From contig NW_021831739.1 in the NCBI RefSeq assembly GCF_006345805.1, positions 1 through 39,606 of the forward strand: a stretch of DNA of 39,606 nt, in the 5' to 3' direction. Positions 11,746 to 23,680 of this stretch are shown in pieces. The position numbers and the translations under genes were made by a program. The notes below the pieces were generated by a model. That model was given only the letters and a program-made list of their open reading frames with translations. It had not been told where the DNA came from and did not search any database. Origin of the DNA: Octopus sinensis (Eukaryota). The stretch's first letter is position 1, and each line of letters starts with the position of its first letter.

Positions 11746-12829
11746 TTAAACTTTGGCACAAAAAATAATTTCGGAACTTTGAAACATGACTTTGGTCTTC
11801 TTGGATTTTATAATGCTTAAGAAAACTTGCTCGCCTGAGTAAGTTCAGTCAAAGGTGAATGGGACTCTATCATATTTTATGTTAACATCATGAATATATG
11901 TTTCAAAAATAAGTTTGAGATTTTATAGTAGTATTTCCATTTCATTTTTGCTCTTTAGCAAGGTTTGATAGGCGACTTGTTTAAAATCAGTGACAGAGAT
12001 TTAAACTTATTTACCGACAAAACTTTATGTGCAATGTCGGCCAATTCAATTTATTTCTGTGAACGTGTTGACTAGACCCAAATGAGAACGCGTTCATCAG
12101 AGATGATTCGCGTAGACAAACCACGTTTTCTTTACAGTAGGAACTCGACTGCCTTTAATATACAGTGTCACAAGTTTAAGGATTAAGATGCACTGAGTCA
12201 ATATTTTAGAATATTTAGAACAAAATGGTGTTTTTTGTATGAATCTTATATCCGAAACATTTACGATCTTGATAGAAACGAGTTTTTTGTGTACATGGGA
12301 TCATTCTCCGATCATTGCAAAAAACATAAAAATGGTAATCATCTGGCCATTCAGTGTAGTAAAATGTTAAACAAAGATTACATAAAAAGAAGTTGAAAAG
12401 TGTTTCTAGTATTTTATTTGAAAAATAAAAATAAATAAATATGAGAGAAAAAAGACAAGAGGACAATCATGTCAATTCAAAAAAATATTTAAATTCTTAT
12501 AAATAGATGTCTAAGACTATAGGCTGGATGGCAAAATGCAAAATACTCTAAACTAAAAAGCATCGAAACCTGATGGCCCACATTTTTAAAAAAATTTTCA
12601 ATTTAAAATTTTTATTTTAGTCTTATTAATAAAAATGTGAAAACTTCTTTGGTTATCTCCAAACTGTTTACACCCAACTGAACTGCAAACAGTTTATAGT
12701 CTTTTCCGTCGTCCCAACATTTTATAAATTTTTCACGATATAGAGCATTTAATCATTGTTTAAAAACATGATTTATAAAACATAGATTAATTAAGTTAAT
12801 ATTATTTAATTGATGTTAATCCGACCGTT

Positions 12830-13205
12830 GTCCGCTTAAGGTTAATCACCTCCTTTTAGAGGAGGAAGTAACCAACACAACTCTTTGATCTTCTGTCTCC
12901 AAATTAGTTATGACTCTTTTTTACTCATTCTCTATATTATCTTCGTACGAATGACTTTCTTCAATTAAGAGGCTACTGACTGAATTTATCTCCTCATCAG
13001 TGATTCTGATCCCGTGCCTGTGCTCAACAATCATACTCTCCAGTGTTTTCTTCAACACAACTGACTGTATATAAGACTGAGTTGCGTCTTCGATAGTCAA
13101 CTTTTCAATGTATTTGGAAACGAGCCCGTCCCAACTCAAACCAATGGAATTATTTCAATTTGAGCGTCGTAAAGAATGGACAACTACCCTGCCAATAGAT
13201 CATAG
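12830..13205 (-). mobile_element. R4/NeSL-like RLE non-LTR retrotransposon 3' fragment
   Basis: SWDGLVSKY...YIQSVVLKKTLESMIVEHRHG, homologous to the copies at 29.5 kb and 33.7 kb. Confidence 0.8.
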
Positions 13206-13499
13206 ATAAAGTCAATTTGTTAAGAATTGATGACTATAGACCTGTCGATCATTAAAGGGAATAAATAGCACAAAAAGAATGGAAAGCATTATGATCGAAT
13301 ATATACACGGAATGAAGAAATATAATACCCCTTTACTACTAACCGACTTAAAACACTGGACGCTGCAAAGACATCAACAAAAAGCACAGTAGGGTATCCC
13401 GTAAAAATAATTCTCACATAAACCTAAAATCCGCTAATACTAACAGGAATAAAAAATCACTCATTAATATCAATAAGCCAAGTGACAGACTGGAAAAGT

Positions 13500-13965
13500 A
13501 GTTTCATATTAAAATCCCTACACATCAACCAGACACCCAAACCTGGCAATTGACGAAAAAACCGTCAAAAGACTAATAAACTCCTCATATCCATTCTTCA
13601 ACACCATCCCTCCTGAACACTCACAATAAACAGACAAATTATCTCCTCTAATCTGCATTTCACCAATCACACCAAGCCTTCCTTCCTTCATATTCCACCA
13701 CGTTCTTGTCTCTACACAAATCAACATCTCTCACAAAGTGACATCCAGAACATGTGACCTATCATTTCTCACTCACAACTACCTCCGTCAACACAAATGA
13801 CCGACAAGGGTCCTCAAACTTCATCCTTCGACTGAATTCACTCACTCCCAACATTGTAAACAGAGATATACGAATTCTATCCACTACATGTTCTATATTT
13901 CCATCCAATTTGAGTATCTTTCGTAAAAGAAATGTATTAACCAATCCTCCACTCTGTTTATACAA
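13500..13965 (-). pseudogene. POLE: DNA polymerase epsilon catalytic subunit, C-terminal zinc-finger fragment
   Basis: LGVSEFS...KFEDPCRSFVLTE-(24-nt intron)-VTCSGCHFVRDVDLCRD, then SVYCECSG. The segment between the two Cys clusters is missing and no upstream gene body is seen. Confidence 0.85.
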
Positions 13966-15229
13966 TAAGCAACCATAACCATATTTTCCCCCAATTGAAC
14001 CTCCAACAGCTCTCTGAGCTTACTGAAATACTCAACGAGCACATTCTACAATCAATACAAGATATTTAAACAAACATTCGTCGATTTCTCTCTGGCAGAT
14101 ACTCAGAAATATTCCAATTCATCATAATCTAAGCACATTTGCTAATAGAACGACTCACAGCCATGTTTCCCTCAGTGAAAGACTCGGAAGTCAAGGAACC
14201 ATAGAAAGTAGACTCTCCTTGACTGTCACATTCACTCACTCGACCAATAATACCCCCATGGTTAGCCTATTCCAATACACAATCAAATGCAGTACAGTGT
14301 CGTGCCAAAGAAGGGCAGTCCAGAGACGTGAGCAGACAATGTCCAATGAACGAAATACAGAACAACTGAGAATACGCTTAGTCATATATTCCGGATAATT
14401 AGTGGCCTCTGACATGTTGAACTTGCCAGTCGATATCACTACTCTTGTATAGTCAGAGTAGACCACAACAACCCCCAGACTACAGATTTGAATAATAAAC
14501 TGGATATTATTTGGTGGTAAACCTGAATAATCAATTTTTTAATCAAATTAATAATCATTCTCACATAGGCTGGCTCATAAAATAAACTTTCGGAACACCA
14601 CAAAACATAATTATGAGCCTTCAAATGTCTTGCAAAGAAGAGATCAAACCCAAAGGAATACACGTCCGGGGGGTAATTTCCTATTGGGATGTGCAGATAT
14701 CGACAATGCTCAGTCAACTCCTTTCAAATAAATACAAATCAATACATTTTTTGTCTTTTTCAATTCAAAAAAATGTCGAATCATTGTTCTAGCTTCCACA
14801 CGCTGCCAATCCAAGACAGAAAAAAGAGATGGACTGTAATTGAACCACACTAAACAACCTATCCTGCGACTTGTGTTTCATGAAGGCACTTTTTCTCTAA
14901 AAATGGCAGGAGGACTTATAAACCTGAACAAGACTGAATTACAAGACAACAAAGGGATTTGGACAACGCGGAGATGGACTTGTTAAAAGAGCGAGAAACC
15001 TTATCCATTGAAGTCTCCGCTTTTACGGTAAAAACAAAGTCAGGAAAGTCATTTGTCGACTCATTCGAATTCTCCGATCTTATAAAACTCAACACTCGAC
15101 CACAAACCTAACCGAGAAGTAAACAGTCAGTATCCTCTCCCTCGGAACGTCTGTTTATATAGAAACGCCTTTTCATAGCGACTTGAAGACTGTGCAAATG
15201 CCCATTGACGTAACCATCACACTTGAATA

Positions 15230-16488
15230 ATATGCCATGGATGGTTATACAAATCTGCTGGGGACTTTCCCGCCTTTGATGTATCACGTGGGTCAACTTG
15301 AAAACAAAAACATTTTTTCTTTGATTTATTTTTTCGGGCAATTCGTGATGCTTCGACGTGATAAATCAATGGATTGGCCATAAAACACAAATTCTCTCTC
15401 AGTGCTTCAACCTTGTCAGTCAATGATGATAAAATCTTTAATAAAATTAGCAAATAAAAACCTCGTCGAAATTAAGCACCTGTTCAATATCGACTTTATT
15501 TTCAATACAAATTGAAAACTTCAAGACCTCATTTAAATTCCCATCAACCAATCAATTGTACTATTTTCCTATAATGTTGGATATGACACTAACGCCCTGT
15601 ATAGAAGGCACAATAATGTCAGTACAGATGGACTTTATTCTCCCAGGGTTATCAAAGAATGTTTTATATGGATAATCTGCCCCCACAGTGGACAAGTAGT
15701 ACAATCCACTCGAAGCCAGCTATTTAACTATACAATATCAGCCCCACATAATCACATTCCACCTCACACGGCAAAGGGAGGACCAGTCTCCAACAGACTC
15801 AGCAAAGGGGAACACACAGGCGTGAAACTCGTCAGTATATCGAGACAAGTACAACTGAATGCACTCACAAATATGTCTCTGTACTATCATCAGCACTTTT
15901 TGAGTACTCTACTATATACTGGGCACACTGAGGGGAATCATTATTAACGAGTTAAACCCTTCCATCCACAGTCCCATGTTGTCCTCAAGAAAATTTCAGT
16001 CCACAGTTCATCCGAGCGAGATTCATAACAATAACTAAAATAAAACACAAATTAAACCGCTTAAAAATTAGGTTAACCACTCTAAACAAATCTTTGACAC
16101 TTGTTAAAGAAAGTGCGGGAAGTTTGGCCACAATCGAGGTGAGCAAGGCGGGCCAGTTGTCATGATTCTTGATTTTATGTCGTTTATGGAGTCTGGTGAG
16201 ACCTTATTCCGGGAGTCGTCGTTCTGGGAGTTGTGGAGGGGGGTATGCGAATTTGTAGTGTTTGGTCACGTAGTTTTTGAGGGTTATTGCAGCCAAAAGG
16301 CGGGTATTCTCAGGGAAATTACAATTTGATGTTATTTGAAGAAGAATAGAGCCATAATGTGCTAAATTTGACTCTGCTTGGGTTATGAACTCAGTGGCTG
16401 TGGTTTGGAGGGAGTCTGTTACCTGTGCTTCTGACCTGTGGGTCATGGTGGCAGGCGTTCTCGAGATTGGAAGCAATCTGGACGACAT
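15230..16488 (-). pseudogene. CSE1L: Exportin-2 (CSE1/CAS) copy with several internal deletions
   Basis: AAITLKNYV, NWPALL, SDELWTEI, FLEDNMGLWM, ICECIQLYLSRYTDEF and YKTFFDNPGRIKSICTDIIVP occur in CSE1 order, with in-frame stops. Boundary below about 15560 is uncertain. Confidence 0.82.
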
Positions 16489-17964
16489 ATTGGTCTCCCA
16501 TGTTCTATATATAAGGACACACAATAAACACGATGTATTAAATTTTATTTAATGATTTATTTTATTTTTTAGTTTTATTGATATTTTGAATTAATTAGTT
16601 ACTTGAATTTTACTTGTTCACAATTTATTATAATTTTTATTTTTAAAATTACAAAATTAAAAATTGTTTTATTGTAAATAATTATAAAAGTAATCCCACT
16701 ATATAGACTACGAGATATCAACTAATTTTACGGCTGTAAAATGCGAAATTTGTAATCAATAAGTTTAAATTTATTTAACCTGGTAATTTAGTTAGAGGCA
16801 CCCTATTTTTTAACTAAAAAGTTTTAATCTTTACTTTTCTGTTCGATGCCGTCCTTTTGTCATTAAAAATGGACTACTGTTTGACCATTCAGAAGAATTT
16901 ATTCTTAATAGACCATCAAGACCAAGTTTACGATAAAAATCAAATTTTGAATTTTTGCAATAATAGAAAAATAAACTGTTAAAGCACAAATACTAAAACT
17001 ATTTCATTTATTTTTATCTGTTCAATTTAAAACTGGCCGATAGTGTTAATTTGCTAATAAACAAGTATGTAGTAGCATCTACTAAAGAAGAACATTGACA
17101 TTGTGCATTTTTTACTTTATCAAAACCGTGGTTATTTGTTGACAGAAAGTGACAATTTTTGACCTAATAAATAATCGTTTTTATTGAATTAAATTATTTT
17201 TAAATGTGAAAAATCAAAAATATATAAAAGCAATTTTTTTAATTCTTATGGGAAAATATATACATTAATCTTATTTTACTTATACCTTCAATAAAAAACC
17301 TAATCTGTCATAAGAATTAAAAAAATTCTACAATTTTCAAAAAAGTGTTTCAGATATAAAAGATTAAATGTTCTACAGACAACTTTAATGCGGACTCAGA
17401 TTTCTTTGCTATTCACATAAACATAGTCGGATGTATTAAGTCTGAATCTTAAAACATCACGGAAAAGGCAAAGAAAAAGTAGAATTATAGTTAAAACGTC
17501 TGAAAAGTAATTCTCTATTCAAGAAGTAAAGATTTACCACAAAAGCAATAATTTAGTCGAATTATAGCTTTAAAATGTTTTAAATCTAACGATATCCCAT
17601 AGATGTAATTTACTTAAAAGTCCTGAAAGTTGGTCTCCTTGAATAGAATTTACCACTAATATAAACCGATATCATTATTTCAGTCAATTTTTAACCCAAG
17701 ATGTAACTACCTCAAAGAATTAGACCTGTCTCGGTTGAGTGCATCACAAAAGTAGTCGTCAAACTAGACTAGCCGTTGTTTAAACAAGCTGCCAAAATTT
17801 TCGGATGATTAGCTAGGGAAATGGTACCCCGAGTGTCACACCACATTGAGACTGCTCGTGGAGCACGCCCAGCTGACTGTCAGTTCAAACTAGAAGAGGA
17901 ATGCCCTCATAATAAAGGTTGGACAAGTTACATTTACTAGAAAAAGATGCCAGTAATATGCCTC

Positions 17965-18905
17965 TTAGCAGAACTGGAGTTGAATAAAAATGTGAACCTT
18001 CCAGCGAGCACCACAAACATTGCAAAGACAGAAGGTGGTCATTGACTCGTCTGCACTCCGTGTCTGCAGTTGGTTGTACAACACGTCGCTTTATTTGCAC
18101 TTGCCCCACTTAATTTGGGTGGTGTGTGTCCCCGTGGTCACCGCCAACTGAGATTTGTTGATGGAGTTCTTCGTCAATTGGGCCACCAGGGATTTCAACT
18201 CGTCGTTGGCCATTTCCTGCGGATTAGAGAATGAACAACCTCGGTGGTCATGTTGGCGAACTTGGCGGGGGAAATGACCATCGACACGACATTCCTCCGC
18301 AGTTCGGGGTTGTTGGGGTCCTTCAAATTAATGACACGACTCAGAATTCGTGTTTTGTAGCCCCAATCAGTCCGCGACTTGTGGTTGACAAAGATTTGTG
18401 AATGAGTGAGTTAAGGAGACTACAGGAGAAGGTGGGAATATAAAAAAGAAAATCCTCCTCGATCATTGCCGCAATGTCCTCCCAATGGGGTTCCCGCACA
18501 GTCCCCCCGCACTCAGGGCATCCAGCAGCATTGACCTACACTTAATCCGAGTTGGGTCGTCGGTGGGGGACACATACAGTCGGCCGGGTTGCATCTCCTT
18601 TGCTGGTTCGGAGTTAAAATGCTTCTTCCATTTCTGAATCAATGACTTTGAGAGCGACGAAATCACCCCATTTGCCGACTTTTTCCGGATCTTATTCACA
18701 GTCAGGCCAATTTTAGTTTTCTGTGAGTAGTCAATTAGGGGCATACGGCCAAAATGTCAAGGGTGAGTGCCAGTCCTTTCAATTGCCTCAGCAGAATGAT
18801 TATGCCTCCGTCGTCCTGCTATTATTATTCCACCAAACCATCACGCCATCCTCCATTAATGCATCCAACTCCTTCTTGACACTGAGGACAAAAGTTGTTT
18901 TTGTT
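17965..18905 (-). pseudogene. TCEA: Transcription elongation factor TFIIS, nearly full length but damaged
   Basis: [32 protein letters not shown]...CGARWK-FC*. Introns 18816-18838, 18721-18746, 18398-18453 (AT-AC), 18217-18239 and 17974-17997. Lesions: frameshift at about 18490, Cys>Trp and TAA in the Zn ribbon (KWGKCK*), DEP>DES, no clear ATG. Confidence 0.92.
18398..18453 (-). other. U12-type (minor spliceosome) AT-AC intron
   Basis: 5' ATTTTCTTT (consensus ATATCCTTT, two mismatches). Perfect branch site TCCTTAAC ends 12 nt before the terminal CAC. Removal restores IEE-E-IF in frame. Confidence 0.75.
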
Positions 18906-21900
18906 TTGACTTAAACTTAGAAAAAAAATTAAATGCGCTATTTTTTTAATAAAAGGCATTAAAATCTTACAGAAAATAGATTTGGGTGCTCGATATTTTT
19001 GAGAGCACTAATCCCGATAGTTCCGTATATTAATTCAGCATTGTGCAGTCTTCATTCCAAGAGTGGAGAATCAGCCGTGCTGCGGATAGCTAAACAGTTT
19101 CCTCAGTGTGATCCTCTTGAAGAACCACACAGTTTCCCTCCTAGGTGTTTTAATCATCCTTTCAAGGGTCCCAATGACACTACTCGTCTCGAAGTGGGAC
19201 GAATTCAAAAACGACGTGTACTCGGATTCCTGAATGTGCCGAATATACCACATGGAAAAATTACTTTCTGAGAAAAATCGAGTTTACTGGATTGTGAATT
19301 GTTTGGAGAAATGCCCAGATTTGTTGTACCCTGAATATAAAGAGAGTTAAGCGATTCTTGCACAAACTGTCCTAACCTACAACAGAAAACATTCCAGATC
19401 AACGACTTGCCATATAAGTAGTTAAGTGATTCTAACAATTCTTTGAAAGAAACAGGAAGGAGTTTACTTCTTCAGGAAGGGTTTTAATATTGCATATTCT
19501 CGCCACATTTCAAAGCAAGTTCCCTTCCACCTGTGTCTTAATGCTTATTATCTGCTTGAAATGAGTTCCTTTCACACATACCAACATGATAGAATACTGG
19601 TTCAGAGAGAGTACACAAGGAAACTGGATGAATAACTGATAATAGTGCAAACAAGAGAGATCTGAGGAGATTAAAGAAGCGGCACCTCCTCGGACAAATA
19701 ATCTATCGAAAATGGTGTTAGTAGGAAATGGTCCAATAAAACGCAGTACTTCTTTGTAACGAATTTCTCGGCTTGATGACGATGACTACATTGTACAATT
19801 GTTTTCCCAGAAACTGACAATGAACTGGCGTTTATTTTATATTTTCCTGCAGGAACAAAATATCTCATTAAGGGAGGTGAGGCATAAAGAGAACAGTTTG
19901 TGGTATTTCGGACGATTGACGCTGGCGATATAATTGGATTAAAGTTCGAGCATAACGCACAAGACAATTAATGTACCTTTACTATGCTTGGCTGTTCGGA
20001 TCCGTCCTCGCCCTAGCTGTGCTGTGCGGAGGATGTTTTTTACTTCGGTCAGTCTAACCAATTGCATGTTCTAGTAAAAAGTATCCCCTCCACTCAGACA
20101 CAGTGATACATCGCACCAATAAAATCAACATAAAAAATAGCCGTTCCAACAGCAAACACTCCGCAATTGGGAGAAGTAATTTCAGGAAAATAACTCCAGT
20201 CAATTGGGAGGTCTGATCAGATAATTATAATAATGATTTACCTTTTGAGTAAAGTCGCGCTGGAATATGATTGTGTTTTTAATAATAATAAAAATAGAAA
20301 AAAAGCCGTGTCACTGACAGACCGGTAGAAAGTGGCAGCATTTGCTTGTTCTTGTGCATCATTGGCTTTTAACACTACATCACTCAGCATAAAAACGAAA
20401 TCTTCTAATTTGCGGACTACTTGTTTATAGAACTTGGCCAAAATAACCAAAATATCAAAAATTGCAGCATTAAAATAAATTAGTCAAAAGATAAATAGAG
20501 GACTATTTATTCAAAAAGTCACGGTACAGCAATGGATATAATGGTTGGATGGGGAAATAGAGAACCCGTCAAAATGGTTGTCACAGGTAACCGAGAGGCA
20601 ACCAAGACAAAAGGAACCAGGACGCAGAAACATGAAATGGAACTCACACTGAGCGGAAGAATGAGGCTCGACTATAACCCGAACTGTGGCATTCCCAAAA
20701 CAAAAATATTGCCTGTAGAATAGGACACGCAATGCATACCTCATACGTCCACGATCTACAGATACGACGACGGTGGCCGTCCTGTGGGAACTATTATAAA
20801 GAAGACAGCCGACGGGCACAATGCAAGACCTGCCAGTAGTCAGTCATCTCAACTTGGACACGTTAAAATCGTGATTGACAATAGGGGGACTTATGACCTC
20901 AACTTTGAGGGGAGGAACATCATTAGTGGAGGGGGGATTATGTAATTCTGGCCAACAATGTCAATCCCGTCTTTTAAGGCCTACAAATAGTAGTGGCCGA
21001 ATACTTTCCATTGAATAGTGAGCAATTCCACTCGAGTACTCCCAACTCTCGGATGTATGACTTGCAATCAATGCTTTCGACCATTCCAACTTTGGGGAGT
21101 TGATTAGGTTGAAATAGAGGACCATCGACAAGGACTGTCCCCTGGATACACTCCGAACAGGACACACAACACGATCCAGTTTCAAACAGTGTGAATAACA
21201 CATAACCGAACATGGTGTGTACACAAACTAGTATGCAGCCAACCAGAATACTAAAAACAAGGGGACATCCACTTGGACGACAACAACACATTGGGGGGAG
21301 TCGACATATGACAGACAAGTTTGGAATACACACTGGACAGGAGATGGACTTTGACGACAATACACGAAGTGCGGATTCAAATACTAAATAATACTTAGCA
21401 ATTGACTAACGATTAGATTATAACGATAAGAGGCAATTTAGAGAACTCAGGATAGAGCAATGTCCCAGAAGATAAGGTCGATATTGTTTTATATTTCACA
21501 GATAAAACTTTATTGGTCTCTTTTAAGTCGTCGTCAAGTTGTGGAGAATGCAGTGAGAAGGCCATCTGATTGTAGTGATGCCTTTTTCCACTATAAAAAT
21601 GGATTTGTAGACGATGAGGTGACCAAGGTTGATGATTTGTAGATGGATTGTTCTGATGTAGTGGTAATTAGGCGAATTCAGCGGATTTTGAATAACACAG
21701 CTCATTCTCTCCGTTTACAGATAACGAACAATGAAGGTATGTGTGGATGTGAGTATAAGACAGTTCGGAGAATTGAAAATTTGGCACAGGATGTCCTCAA
21801 TGACTTGGGAGATGGGCTAATCCCGCTCGAAGAATATTTGAACAGCAGGAAAATTGAACAACTCAGTAGATTTTGTATATTTCAGTTATAAAGAAGGGGT

Positions 21901-22199
21901 TCGTTACATGCAGGGACTTTTGGAGGAGTTTATAGAACGGCTAAAAAGTGATAATTATTAACGAGTTTATATTTGTCACATTAAGTTGCATTTTTATTGC
22001 ATTTTTTGATAAATTGTTTGCGTTTAGTTTTTTCGGAATATTATTTGAAACTAATGAATATAAAAGTGATTTTGGACATAAAAATCATTTAAAACCAATT
22101 GAAATTAATTAAATATTTATCGGTAAATAAATAAATGAACAATCTCACCTTGGTTGGGTCCTAACTTGTTTTAACAAGAGTACTAAAAATAAAAATATA

Positions 22200-22700
22200 G
22201 ACCAAGTGGAAACATTTAATCTCGGTGAGTTTTTGAAAACTCGCACATGCTTCGATCTAATGCCTAAGAACTCACGTGTTCTTCACTGATCCTAAACGGA
22301 GTTCGGGCAGCCCCGGTATGTGATAAACTCACAATTATCGGTATATAACTGTAATCAATTTTTAGGAATGTTAACCATAACTGATTTAATGAAAATACTC
22401 CTCAAACATATCCAGGGACGAATGGAGGAGGAAATTGGAGATCTCACCGTCCGACAATGGCGGGGTACTTTTCTGTGGATTCTATTGGCTTAGAATTGAC
22501 TAAAACTTTAACTCAGCCTTTGAGTTTTATTCTTTCTAAACAATCTCTTTGGGAAGCAATTCACACTCTTCTGGACGCCCACGTTCATAGATTGCCTGTG
22601 TTTGACTCACTGGCCTTGTTTAATCCAATGCAAATAGTCACTTTGAAAAGAATACTTAAATTTATGTTAATTTCTGTAAGAAATTTGTCTAATGGTCAGA
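22200..22700 (+). pseudogene. PRKAG: AMP-activated protein kinase gamma subunit fragment (CBS domains), deleted and 3'-truncated
   Basis: FLKTRTCFDLMPKNSR, NGVRAAP, GMLTITD and VHRLPVFD...TLKRILKF. Deletion between SRVL and NGVRAAP; cut off by a hAT fragment at about 22728. Confidence 0.85.
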
Positions 22701-22727
22701 TGGGTGGGAATATCCCTAACCTGGTAA

Positions 22728-22945
22728 TTTAAACCCACGATGAACTCCAACCATCGCAAGTGCCCCATCTGCTGAACAAGCCATAATATTGTTAAGGGGT
22801 ATTTCATGTCTCCACAAATATTATTCGACAGTTTTAAAAATTGTTAACCCTCTTGTGTCGTGTTCAAGATGTTCAGAAAATAAAAATTCTTCTTGAATTA
22901 CATCATTTTGATTAATATAACGTAAGAATTAATAGAAAAGCACGT
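22728..22945 (-). mobile_element. hAT transposase fragment, same family as 34111-36200
   Basis: IQEEFLFSEHL...ACSADGALAMVGVHRGF. Clearly alignable at DNA level with about 35779-35965. Confidence 0.85.
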
Positions 22946-23029
22946 GATAATAATATACAAAAATTCCAACGCCTCCCTAATATGTTCTAGCACCCCCGTC
23001 AAGAATCACTGGTTTAGAAAATGGATGAA

Positions 23030-23279
23030 AAATAACTATGTTTTCGCTTCTGTTCCGAATAAGCGATTTCAAATTGATCTTATTGATCTGAAAAGGTTTG
23101 AAAACGTCAACGAAGGATACAAATAGAATTTATCCGTTATTGACGTCTATTGTCGGTTTTATGATTATAATTATCTTATTTTTGCATTTGCTAAGCAACT
23201 AATGAATAAGTCAGGAATCGAGGTTTCAACAAATCTCGAGTCCCTTTTTTATCTCATTGATCCCTGTCAGATTCTACAG
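23030..23279 (+). mobile_element. Integrase-core fragment (Ginger2/TDD-like)
   Basis: KRFQIDLIDL...NEGYK*NLSVIDVY...AFAKQLMNKSG...ILQ, truncated before the second catalytic Asp. Confidence 0.7.
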
Positions 23280-23439
23280 TTGTTTAGGTCGACTTTTCAA
23301 ATGGTGAAAAAAATCGGTGTTTATGTCTCGTGTAAAAAAATAACAATTAAAGTCTATTTATTAACTTTTAAAGTTCATAGTATTAATTTGTTGCGAAGTT
23401 GCCATAATAACAGTCAAAAGACAAGCTGCCATAGAGGTC

Positions 23440-23680
23440 TGGTTGGCCATGTCTCAAAATTTTTGTCAAAGTTATTCCATGCGTATCCAGTTATAGTAAT
23501 AATTTGTTTTAAATTTATATTTTTTGAATTCATAGACAAGAATTATACATCATCTTTAAATTTAACTGTGAAATTTATTAAATTATTAATGTATCCTGAC
23601 TTGAAGGATTTTTCTATTCTCATTTCTAACGGTTGAATAAATTTCGTGGCGTTTTTTACAAAAAATAACTGGATATTAAA
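23440..23680 (-). mobile_element. pogo/Tigger-like DDE transposase fragment
   Basis: NATKFIQPLEMRIEKSFKSGY...INLKQII...AWNN resembles the pogo QPLD..I..FK..Y...AW pattern. Confidence 0.55.

Noticed and set aside
16204-16524. Importin-9 assignment from the N-terminal importin-beta motif
   Set aside because: Downstream motifs (ELWTEI, EDNM..WM, SIC..IIVP) point to exportin-2/CSE1 instead.
18085-18110. In-frame TAA in TFIIS as evidence of stop-codon reassignment
   Set aside because: The same copy has a frameshift and Cys>Trp and Pro>Ser changes, and TAA/TAG end TFIIS (FC*) and both hAT transposases normally. Decay explains it.
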